Assembly (NCBI RefSeq): GCF_009914755.1
Contig: NC_060934.1
Length of the DNA stretch: 64,000 bases
Strand: one strand, 5' to 3'
Origin: the human T2T-CHM13v2.0 reference genome, Homo sapiens
A model generated the notes under the pieces. That model worked only from the letters and a program-made list of their open reading frames with translations, was not told the DNA's origin and made no database searches. How positions within the stretch are numbered: the first letter of the stretch is position 1; each line of letters opens with the position of its first letter. The position numbers and the translations under genes are program-made. Positions 52,085-64,000 of this stretch are shown in pieces.

Positions 52085-55000
52085 GGGGATACCAGATTTT
52101 GGGGTAGTAGGCTTACCTGATCAAAGTGACCCTGGAAGATTAATATGCTGGAGATGTGGGAACTAGATGGGAATGGGAAAAGACTGAATCAGTGAGATCA
52201 GCTCTGTTGGTTCTGTGTAGTGGGGTTATTGGATTGGAAAGGGAGTTGTAGAAGCAAGTCTGGTGTTGTCACTCCGCCCCACGACCTCCCCGAGACTGAC
52301 ACTGTCAGTCAGAGGAAAGCTTTTAAAAGTTTTCGTATTCCCTGCCTACCTGGCACTGAGTAGGTATGAAATCATTGTTGAAAGAGTGAGTGAACCAGCA
52401 ATATAATTTTGTGCCTGAAGGTGCAGAGAGAGGGAGGATTCAGAGTTGACCCTGAGTCTTTGGAGGCAGGGTAACTGAATGAACATGCTTTTAGTGTATG
52501 GATATTGGAGAAGAGCGGAGAAAGATTGGCTCTGAGGAGGGACAGGGTAATAATTTTGGGTTTGAACAGGTTTATACAGTCTTGCTCAATGTTAAGGGAT
52601 ATTTGTGTTTACAAACTTTATTTTAATATGTTACTGTTGAGAATATAATTTTCTAATTCCAGTAATGGAAAAAGATCTGAGTGTTCTGATCTCCAAAGTG
52701 GTGTCAAAGAGATGATGGAAGGATCTGGATTAATAGTCAACTTACTTGATGAGAATGTGTATTTACAGCAGTTCTTGGTGGTTTGGGATCCTTAGATCTC
52801 ATTTCTCACGTGACTTCTGGTCATTTAGCCCTTTCACCCGTAATTCACCATCCGTCTAAACAATGGAAGGAGCAAGCAGGAGTGGAATTCAAATATATAG
52901 ATTTAACAAAAGCTTCTTTTTGGTTATTCTTACCTTTTTCAAGGTAGCATTGGTCTACATTAACACCAATAACAGAAAGTTAACTGAATTTTACATGCTG
53001 TTTGTCCCACCTGTCATTAGATACATTGAAGGACTGACTGCTGACCATCAGATGTATGTTTTTAAATTAGTTTAAAATAATGTTACGTATTTAATTTAAA
53101 AATAGTGTTGTGGTGGGGGCACATATGCCAGTAGGATGCTCTTTGAGTGTGTTCATAAAAGTATAAAATATTAAGAGATGACATACTTATTTATAAAGAG
53201 TTTTGAAGCCTTCTGTGAAAGTCAGCTTCAATAGGGAACATTACCTGCATTAATATATTTATTAGGCAGTTCATTTCTGTGAATTGTGTTTTTATACTTC
53301 ATTTTTTCCAGCTACTCCTTTAGTGTTTTTTTCAGAAGTTTGAGTTATTTATGGATTAGCCTAATAGCTCATTCTTATAATTACTGCAATTTTAAAAACC
53401 ATCTATTACAAACCAAAGTCTTCACCAAAGCAAAGCCTGTATAAATCTGATTGGGAAATGGTTCTAAGTGAGAATTGAGCCCTTCTCTAAGTGTGGAAAT
53501 TTTCTGTTGTGCATTTTCCTAGTGCTGGTTTAAGTCCAAGCTCACCATGTATATGCTTTTGAAATGAACCAATTAGGGCATGTTTAACTATCAGTAGGCT
53601 TAAACAAATGTATTTCCTCGTGTTGGAATTTGGACTTAGGACTTTGGAAGGTGGAAAATTCCAAGTGCAAGTGAAAGATTTCTATAACTGGGCTCCATAC
53701 TTAACAGCCAGTCCTGTCTCAAACTTAATCTGGTAATGTTTATTGAGCTGGTAACGTTTATGGAGTTATACATGAGATAGGCTATCTTTTCTGTAGGACA
53801 TTGGTTATCTTCACTGGAGGACTTTTGAAATTGAAAGAAAGCAAGAGTAACATAAATTTGATACTCAGCTAGAGAAGAAGATGTATTTATATTTAACTTG
53901 TCCTCATGATATAAAGACTTGCTTTGTGTCTTTAAAAAAGTGGTTGCTGTTTTTACTGCAGTATTAATATCTTAAAGCCAATACATAGATTCATTTCTTC
54001 TTTGTTTTCCAAATTCAAAATGAGGAGACATTTATTTCTGTGTTTCCTACTACTACTTGAAAAAATGTTGAATATTAAAAAATTGCAGAAGAATAAACAG
54101 CAAGAGCTAAAGTTCTCATTTATTTGTATGTTACCTGCTCCTGGATTACCTATCGCAAATTAGGATGTTTTTGGTTAACTTTGATGGGTTTTGAGATTGT
54201 CACTTCTTTCCATTTAATCTTTGTATGCTTAGAAACTGCCAGTTTAGTATGGTATTAGGTGAAAAGAAAATGGTTAGAAATATAAATAAAATCTTTAGTG
54301 GATAGTATTGTACCAATGTTAATTTTTTAGTTTAGAAACTTATATTATGGCTATAAAAGGTATTAACCTTAGAGGAAGCTGGGTAAAGGGTATATGGGAA
54401 CTGAACTATTTTCACAGTTCTTCTGTTATCTGAAAATTATTTCAAAATAAGCTAAAAAATGATTAGACTAACTCTACAGCTACAAAGTTATTAGTGTATA
54501 TTGCAAAACCAGAGACAAGTGATTTGTGTGTGTCTAGGGAATGGACAGAGATTCTCTTCTATTTGGATGGTTGAAATCCTTGTTCATTTTCATTGACCTG
54601 AAAAATTGAGAGTTGTTGCTGTATCTCATGAGGATGAAGATGCTGTTAGAGTATGTTTAGTAAATGCAGACTTCTTTTTCTTTTTCTGTGTTATGAATAT
54701 ATGCATAAATACACGACAGATACCAATTTGCAAACATACATGCAGTGTGTGCTTCTAAATGAGGTGATTGGCTTTCTAAAAATATCACAGAATTTCATTT
54801 TAGCTTGTTACACATTTGTTTCCTTGATGAGATGGTGGCAATCATTTGCCTTTTGAGAATAAATTAGATTCTTTTATTTTGGAAACACCAGCATGTGATT
54901 TGGGGCTTCATGTATAAATTGAGTGATCAGACTTTCTAATTCTGAGTTGAATCTAAATTTAAGAAATGAGTTTTTTAAAAGATAAGTGAACTGGCTCTGA

Positions 55001-55300
55001 ATTTATTTCCAAAGAATAGTACAGATCTTTTTGTGGTTCCTGCATCATTGGACTAAGTCTAATATTTGCAGATTTCAACTTTAAAGGATATTACTTGTGT
55101 TCTTGATTTATGTTTATTATAAGTTATTAGTGCTATCTGTATTAACAGAGATGGGAGACTCCAAGGTTTTTCAGCAGTTGCTTTCCCTAGGCCCATGCTG
55201 TAGCTGAGTGTGGACATTCAGCTGGACATTTGGGCTGCATTTCCAGTCTTCGCTAGTTCTACCCCATTTTACCCTCTTGGAACTCACTCTTTTTGTTCTA

Positions 55301-55510
55301 CAGCAGCACTGTTATTAGAGCTTTCTGTGATGATGGAAATGTTATATATCTGCACTGTCCAATGTGGTAGTCACTAGCCACGTGTGGCAGTCAAACATTT
55401 GAAACGTAGCTAGTGTGACTGAAGAACTGAATTTTAAATCTTACTTAATTTTAAAGAATAAATTTAGATAGCCACGTGTGGCTAGAGTCTTCTGTATTAG
55501 GCAGCACAGA
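55301..55510. mobile_element. MER3-type hAT transposon
   Basis: TTTCTGTGATGATGGAAATGTT..TAGCCACGTGTGGC (twice). Confidence 0.75.
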
Positions 55511-55919
55511 TTGAGGGCTACCATTGCTAATTCCTTGAATGGTCTACCTGGAATGCCAATTTAAGTGTGGAAGGAGGGAATGGACACAGACATTTACAGT
55601 ATAACTGAATTGTCTGTTGTTCTCATATAAAATTCCCTTTATAAGCATTTTGATTGACTTGGTGTGGAAATGATGTTACCATGCTGATTCCTTGCTTTTG
55701 GGTTGCCTTTTTTGAGAGGTACTCTTTGGGTACCACTTTAAAACCTGCTTTTTTTACATAAATTTTTTCATGTCAGTAAACACACTTCTGTCTCATTGTT
55801 TTTAATGACTGTAGAGTGTTCTATTTTATAGACTACTTTATGACTTTATACTACCTTATGACTGTATAGTATTCTATTTTATAGACTGTATAGTATTCTA
55901 TTTTGTAGTGTTCCACCAT

Positions 55920-56085
55920 GCACTAGCTGGGAGCCTTGGGCCTGGTGCCTATCTTCCTTCTCTGTAAAATGGGACAGTAAAAATGTCTACCTTGTAGAAT
56001 TATTTTGGGTGTAAAATGAAATAAGATAAAGTGCTTGGTACAAAGTAAATGTGCTCAATAGATATTAGTTATTATTAATAATATT
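55920..56085 (+). mobile_element. MIR
   Basis: TCTGTAAAATGGGA..TAAAGTGCTTGGTAC..TGCTCAATAGATATTAGTTATTATT. Confidence 0.72.
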
Positions 56086-58731
56086 GTTAGGTAAAGGTCA
56101 TTTCTTGTGAGATAACATGGGTCTACATCTCATGGATTTTATAGAATAAAACAGACACTTTAAAAGTTGGGACAGGTTAAACCTCTCTGGAATGCAGATC
56201 TGAAAGCAGCTGACTTCCCAGGGTGGCTTCCGCCATAGAAGTCACTTTGTGAGAGCACACCTTCCTGCTGCTGCCTGGAGCAGTGTCTTTGGGAGCTGGG
56301 TAGGGTTGTCAGCGTGCGCCCATGTCAGTGCCTCTTCCCCTTAGAGACTATTGCAGGTCTGCAGTTAAACAAAAGTAATTTTCCTAAACCTGAAAAAGGC
56401 ATGTCTGAATTACTGGATGTGAAATATTTCGTTTAACAAAACTGACTCTCATGGGACCTCTAATTTTGCCTATACTCCTAATGAGGCACAAGAAGTAGTC
56501 ACATACATACTGCCCCTCTCCCACACCTCTTTAAAAACTTTGGAGTGTAAATGCTGGCTTAAGGTGTTTGGCTCATACTTGGAAGTCTGTTAGAAACGAG
56601 TTAAAATTCTCTGAAGAATGACTTAGGTGCATATGCTAGGAAACTTTTGAAAGATTGGATAGAGTCTGCAATTGATTACAATTGAGGCTGTGGAGTCTTT
56701 CTGCCTGGAGGTTGTTAGAACAACGAGAACTGCTTATTTGGGAAATCAGCTTTGTAGTGGAAAAACACCTGCCCAGAAATCTGGAGACCTGGCATAATGT
56801 GTGCTTAGTCTTTAGCTGCATGACCTTCGGTGAGTCTTGTTCAGTTTTCTGGGCTTCAAGTTCCATCCTCAGCTTTAGTATTAATTTATGGACTGTGTCG
56901 CAGTGTTTTTCATTTGCAGAAACTGCTTTGCACTAAAATGGAATGATCATAATCTTTTTCTAATTTGCAGAGGGAAAAAAGCATTTTCAGCTGAACTGGT
57001 AGGCTTTTATTAGTTTTTCTAATGTAAAATTAAACTTTTTTGCCATTCTTTATCTGCTACCAAGTGCTCATGTTGTTATTCTCATGTATGTGGTACATGG
57101 CGGTTGTCATTTTATACTCTGTTCAGATGTCACAGGCACACCTCTGCTAGTGAAAGCATTCCCAGGTTGGACTGTTCGCATCCACATTTCGTGGTGTTTT
57201 TGGAGTGCTCTCCAGAGACACAGTGACTCCTCCTGGGGGTGTCAGCGCCTGGGTGACTCCCTCCGGCATTGACTGCTCTATAGCCCGGCCCCAGGCGTCA
57301 GGGCAGGCCGCTGTGGGGTGGGCGGTGTGGCATAGGAGTGCCCTTCCAACTTGGGAATAAGGTAGAAGCTTTCTGATGTGGAGAGTCCTAAATCAGAGAT
57401 AGATCCTCAAAGGGGCTGCAGAGTTCCTTTTCCTTGGCTTTTCTTAACCGGTGCTCGGAGGTACCAGAGGAAGTGAGGCTGGGAGGGTGGGGCTGGGCCT
57501 AGTGAGCAGGGTCTCTGTACTTCCACTGCTCACTTCTGAGATCTTATCACTATTTGGCTTCAGAAGTTGTTCAGTTTCTCCACTTTTCTGGTGTACAGGA
57601 AGGAGCAGCAGTAACCTGCCTATTACTCTGAGGAACTTCCTGGTGATTTACATCGTGGAGATCTGTCCTGCTTGCTCTGTGGAAGTAGTCCAGGGCCAAA
57701 CATTCAAAAAGCAGTCTGAACTGATAAATATTCAGGCCGAAATGACCTTGCAGTAGACTGTGGACAGCATTCATTAAGAGTGTGTGAGGTGCTGGTGACT
57801 GTGCCTGTCCTGATTTCCACTCCTGTGTGAGCATCAGCGGGACAGGAACAGAGCAGGATGGTGAGGCTTGAGGTCCCACTTGTGACCTTGGACCGTATTT
57901 CCTCCTGCCAGAGGCATCTGCCAAACTATTAAGGGCATGAACATTGTTTGGTTTCAGTGATGGATTCGTTACTACATTTGCAAAGCTCCACACGGTTTAG
58001 GGAAGTTGTGGCCTTAGGAAAGACTTAAACAGCTGTTTTTGTAATCCCTGAGAACTTGGATTCTTGCTTTCAGAAGACACAGAAGAAATTCCAGTCAACT
58101 TTTTATGGGTAAGAGTCATGAGAATATAAATTAAGAGAATACATTCTTGGCTTAATATATCCTTTTTGAGAAAACTACTCTATTGAGGCTCTTCCCTATT
58201 TAAGTTTATCTTGCCTGAGATTATCATAGGATTTTTATTAGTGTGCTGAGCCGGCCACTTAAGTGAGCTGAAGATACATACAAATTTGCAATGGAAAAGT
58301 TTCTGAGATTAAGCCTACTAATATGCTGCTTAATGTTTCTTGTTCTGCACATTATCTCAATTTGTGTGAATATTTTGTAAATTGGACCTCATAAATTTTA
58401 ATTTCTAATCAATATTTTTATTAGAGGTGACCAAATACCTTAATAAAGTGTATTTGAATGAAGACTCGTTTAACTCCAAATTTTGTAAACCACTTTTAAG
58501 AACATTTAAAAAGGTGACCTGTTTATTCTCTGCATTAGAATTAATTACCTGGATGACTATTTAAATATTCAGGGATCAGATGGGAGGACATGCATTTTTT
58601 AGTAAGCCTTAAAGTTTGAGAATCACTGCTTTAGTTCATACAGGCTTCACAGTAACCCCAGAGTTTCATGGTGAGGGTATGAGCTTGAGAGTACCCTCAA
58701 GCATATACATATGCATATACATGTACAGTAA

Positions 58732-59050
<319 letters not shown>

Positions 59051-59314
59051 GTTCCTCATCCATATTCTTTTGGTGTTTATGTATACTTGCTCTGTGCCTG
59101 GAAACAGGCTAAGTATGAAGCCTAAATTGAACATTGTCATTATAAATTTAGCTAACTATAGACCTTGGATGATAATGACTAGGAATCTTCTCTGGCTCTG
59201 TTTTTATTGTGTGCAGTTATTCCAGAGACTGGCCAGGTAGTGTGAAGTGCCTTATATTTCCCTATTACAACACTTTTCTTCCTTTGGTTAACTATCTGAT
59301 CTTGGATAAAACTA

Positions 59315-59614
59315 TTTTATTTTATTTTTTTTTGAGATGGAGTCTCGCACTTTCGCCCAGGCTGGAGTGCAGTGGGGCCATCTTGGCTCACTACAAGCTC
59401 CGCCTCCTGGGTTCATGCCATTCTCCTGCCTCAGCCTCCCGAGTAGCTGAGACTACAGGCACCTGCCACCACGCCCGGCTAATTTTGTGTATTTTTAGTA
59501 GAGACAGGGTTTCACCATGTTAGCCAGGATGGTCTCGATCTCCTGACCCAGTGATCCGTCCGCCTCGGCCTCTCAAAGTGCTAGGATTAGAGGCGTGAGC
59601 CACTGCACCTGGCC
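59315..59614 (-). mobile_element. AluY-like
   Basis: CAAGCTCCGCC, GTTAGCCAGGATGG; TSD TAAAACT. Confidence 0.87.
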
Positions 59615-61284
59615 AGGTTAAAACTCTTAAAACTTGTTCATTATTGATTGTCTGTTAGGTTATTTTACTTGCTGTTCTTTGAAATGGTTTTAAGAGGGCT
59701 GGATTTCTTTTCTTGACTTCTCCACGTAGCCTGTATGTCCCTTCAAAGCAGGGACTATATGGATCATGTTGGTAGTACCACCGCCCAGCCCAGTGCTGGG
59801 ATACAGAAGCAACGTGATACCTGTGTAGTGGCTGACGGATGAGAGGTGACCTGGACATTGTATCAGCTGATACTTCTTTGTTATTTAACTTGGACTCTCA
59901 AGAGACCTCTCCTTCCTTTCTATTTCAATTGTGGCCACACTAGTTCCTGCCTTGATTTACTGAGCCTGGATTAGTTGTCTTCCTTGCCTTTATCTCTTTG
60001 CTTTTAGGTCCATCTTTCACAATCCTTCCAGGCTAGTTGTCCATCCACACTCCTTTGAACAAGTCACTTTCCTTCTCAGTGACCTTCACTGACCTTCCCT
60101 TGTATGTGAGGTTCTCCATGATCTCACCTCCACCTGCCTTTCTTAATGTCTCATACTGACCTTCCCAACCAAGTCTGGCTGTTTGTGACAGGTGCTTTCA
60201 TCCTCCCTACAGTTTTAACGTGAGGCCTCAGCTTGGGAGGAGGACTGGGGCACAGTAGAGATGCTGTAACTGTTCCCATGGCATGGGAAGCTGGGGCACA
60301 GGGTGGAGGCCCTGGGCCATGTGGCACTTGTGTCTGTGAGGCACGGGGAGAAGCGAAAACCAAGAAGGGTGGTCAGAGCTAGGGCAGGAACCGGGAGAAG
60401 CAGCCACAGAAGTCAGAGGAGGAAAGAACTTCAAGATGAAGAGGATGATCAGCAATTCTGAGTTCTTAAGCAAGTCCATGAAGACTGAGCAAGTTTCATT
60501 GCATGAGTGATTGCATGAGTGATTGATGGCAGTTTGGTGTGTTTCTGAAAGATTTCAATGGGAACAGAAGCTGAATTACTGATGTTCAAGGTTATAAAGG
60601 ATGCAGCAACAAGGGCAGACCACTCCTGTGTGAGACTGGGGTGTGAAAAGGCAGGTACTGTGTTTTATATTTACATTTTCCTGCAACTGGCAGATGCATA
60701 TGTGCTTTGAAGGCTCAGAGGATGAAGCCCAGGTTAGAGGGAGAGATTCAAAATAATGAAAGGAGTCACTCTGGAGGAGGGAAAGGATGGGGGAACTCCA
60801 GGGTTCCCATTCACCCTGACAGTGAGGAAGGAGAGGAGGGGACAGCAAGGAGGAGTGGCTGCATTCAGGTGGCTTCATTTTTTTCTGTCGATTGGGAGAG
60901 GAATTTAATGCGTTAGCAGTGCGCATGGGCCAGCCTGAATTGTTTCTGCAAAGATTACTCTTCCAAAAGTCAGTCTTCTGTGGTCTTAGTCCTGTGAATC
61001 CTTAGACGATTCACTCTGAGTCCCTGGGATCAGCCTCGGGCCTTCCAGGGTGTGCGGAGGTCATGCATGAAGTGTGGCTCAGCCAGCTCTGGCCTTTCTC
61101 TCACTCTTGGCCCTCTCAGACTCTCTATTCCACTTGTCATTCTCTGAGCACTCCCTACATTGTTTCCTGATTACGTGCCTTTGCTCACTCTGGCTTGTAC
61201 TTTTGCTGGGCATCAGCCCTTCCTGCCCCACCTTCCTCTTTTGTGTCTGTTCTGTGTCAGTTAACTGTGTATCCCATTTCATAG

Positions 61285-61643
<359 letters not shown>

Positions 61644-61719
61644 TAAACTGAAAGGATTTTAAAATCCAGGGATAATTTTAAATGTAATAAAATGTAGTAA
61701 GAAAACTTAATGAAGTATC

Positions 61720-61935
61720 AGAAGACAAGCCTGAGTCAGGCAGTCTTGAGTTTGAATCCTGGCCCTGCTTCTTCCTGGTGCGGTTTTGGGTGATTGCATC
61801 CTGTCTCTCTATTCATTTAATTAATTTACAGAGTGGGGATAATGAAACCTACTTCTTAGGGCTGTTAGGAGAATAAATGAGACAAAGCCTGTAAAGCATT
61901 TGACCTAGGCTGACTCCATTGTAGGTGCTTAGTAG
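61720..61935 (+). mobile_element. MIR
   Basis: GAGTCAGGCAGTCTTGAGTTTGAATCCTGGC..TTAGGGCTGTTAGGAGAATAAATGAGA. Confidence 0.72.
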
Positions 61936-62129
61936 ACCATGCTGCAGCTGTCAGCAATGGATTCCTTGCCACCCAGCAGTGTTGGGTTGAGCACCTGGAT
62001 GGATGGTGAGTGGTGGAGGAGTGTGCTCACCTCCCACCCCACTTATGTTGAGGGCAAGGATGGTGTACTTTACTTTGTATTTCTAACATGGGTCTATATA
62101 TATAGTAAAGAGGAACGGCATACCTCTTA

Positions 62130-62518
62130 TAACTGGGTCCACTTATACATGGATTTTCTTATGCCTCTGCTCCCCTGCAGACAGCAAAACCAACCCCTCT
62201 TCTTCCTCATCTTCCTTCAACCTGTGGATGCCTAGGATGAAGACCTTTATAATGATCCACTTTCACTTAATGAATAGTAAATCTATTTTCCCTTCCTTAT
62301 GATTTTTCTTAATAGCAGTTTCTTTTCAGTAGCTTACTTTGTTGTATGAATATAGTATATACATATACAAAATATGTATTAATTGTGTTATAGGTAAGGG
62401 TTGCAGTCAACAGGAGGCTATTAGTTAAGTTTTTGGGGAGTCAAAAGTTACACACAGATTTTCAACTCCATGAAGGGGTTGTTTCTCCTAACCCCTGAGT
62501 TGTTCAAAGATCAGCTGT
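62130..62518. mobile_element. Tigger2a (MER28) DNA transposon
   Basis: GGGTCCACTTATACATGGATTTTC..GGATGAAGACCTTTAT..AACCCCTGAGTTGTTCAAAGATCAGCTGTA. Confidence 0.8.
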
Positions 62519-63696
62519 ATTAACTTGTTTTCTCAAGTGCCCCATACAAATAACTTTTTTCATGTTAATTGCATAGAAGGAAGTATCATTTTGTACAGTT
62601 TTTTGAAAATTGGGAACTGGTTGGAAATGACACATAATAAGGTGTTCATAACATTTATAGCAAGAGGTGCAGCTTACAGCGTTTTCCCAATTAAAGCCCC
62701 TTTGCATTGTTTTTGCCCACAGAACTCTGGACATATTGAATGATTTATATTTTTGGCCCTTTCCTTTGTAGAACAAATGGTGAGGCCTAGAAGTTTTAGT
62801 GCAGCAGTTGTGTGAAGTGTACATATTATATAGTTTAGCCAGAGATGGAATGATACCATGGGGTTAATTTTTTTTATTAATTTTTAATACATTTGACATT
62901 GTTTCCAGGTAGCCAATCCTTCCAGTTTCTCAGGAACACAGATGTCTCCTCATAGGAAACAGGAAAAGAAGCTTTCTCTAGGAGAACTTGACAAACCAAT
63001 ATAAATGTTTCATCAGAGTGCCCTGTTGATCTCCACGGCCAGTCACAGGGGTTTTATCTCTCATCTTGTGATAAATGAGTACATATTAATTTTTAGTGCT
63101 GTAAAATGTGTCTTATTTGTTGCAGAGACTAGGGACAAACAACACTTTCAACCAATATATTGTATGGAGATGTTTTGCAGTTGCAGGTGGGATATGGTTT
63201 CCTCATTGAGCCCGTTAAAAGTATTCCATTGAATGGCGATGCAACTGTGGTCTTTGTGAACTGTTTCTTGGTTTGTCAGGTGTGTCCATGTTTATGAATA
63301 TATCTCTGAATCATTTTGTATTTATAGCATACTAGAGATTCTAATATACGTGTCTCTGAAAAGTAGCTACATATGTTAAAGATAGTGGGAAAAAAAGGGG
63401 ATGGAAAATGAACTAATTGTCCATGGAAGAAATTTTGGATTGTTAAAATGAGGATGCAGAGAAGACAGAGGCAAATTGTCAACACTTGTCACTAAGTGAT
63501 ACTATGCAGCTTCTCGGATGCTTGTCATTTGATGGAAAAAAGGGTTCTCAGACTGTAAGAAAGGAAGTTGACAATCTCAAGGGAAAAGAGTGTGGCCAGG
63601 TCAGGGCCTCTATCTTATGAAATGAGTTGGGGTATGAGACTAGGGAGGGGGTGATTCTTTAAAGTACATTTTTTTTTTTAAAGAAGGACTTATACT

Positions 63697-64000
63697 GTGT
63701 TAATTTTCTATTGATGCCATAACAAATTACCACAGAGTTGGTGGCGTAAACAACACACATTTATTATTGTATAGTGCTGTAGGTTGGAGGTCTGACACAG
63801 GACTCAGTGGGCAGAAATCAGGCTTTCAGTAGGCTGTGTTTCCTGTTGTGGGCTCTAGGGGAGAATCTATTTTCTTGCCTTTTCCTTGCTTCTAGAAGTT
63901 GCTCACATTCCTTGGCTTCAGGCCCTTCCTCCATCTTTAAAGCCAGCAGTGGTAGATGGAGTTCTCACATCTTCTCTCTCTGGCTCTCCTGCCTCCCTTT
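63697..64000. mobile_element. MLT1C/D-type MaLR LTR (runs off window)
   Basis: CCATAACAAATTACCACAG..GGCTCTAGGGGAGAATC..CTTGCCTTTTCC..CATTCCTTGGCT. Confidence 0.75.

Noticed and set aside
51293-52166. 153- and 259-aa repetitive ORFs; CRISPR-like appearance of the repeat
   Set aside because: Translations of a GC-rich VNTR. The intervening segments are related to each other rather than unique spacers, the context is eukaryotic, and there are no cas genes.

Overview
Primate (human-like) genomic DNA covering the upstream region, CpG-island promoter, first coding exon and first ~38 kb of intron 1 of the cyclin Y gene CCNY (+ strand). The only real coding sequence is exon 1 (25654-25807: [51 protein letters not shown], then a phase-1 GTGAGT donor). 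The other ORFs in the track look like artefacts of Alu, L1, VNTR or GC-rich DNA. The rest is repeat-rich: about 40 Alus, old and young L1s, L2, MIR, MaLR LTRs and MER/Tigger DNA transposons. I see no convincing wholly new biological system. The most noteworthy items are: (i) a rare antisense SVA2-type VNTR retroposon in intron 1; (ii) a nested MIR>AluY>L1PA insertion whose L1 appears to carry a tiny 3' transduction; (iii) a complex CCNY 5' end with uORFs, candidate alternative first-exon donors, an in-frame ORF cut by one TAA, and a hairpin cluster; (iv) splice signals for a divergent antisense lncRNA. Repeat boundaries and subfamily names were assigned by eye from remembered consensus sequences and are approximate.
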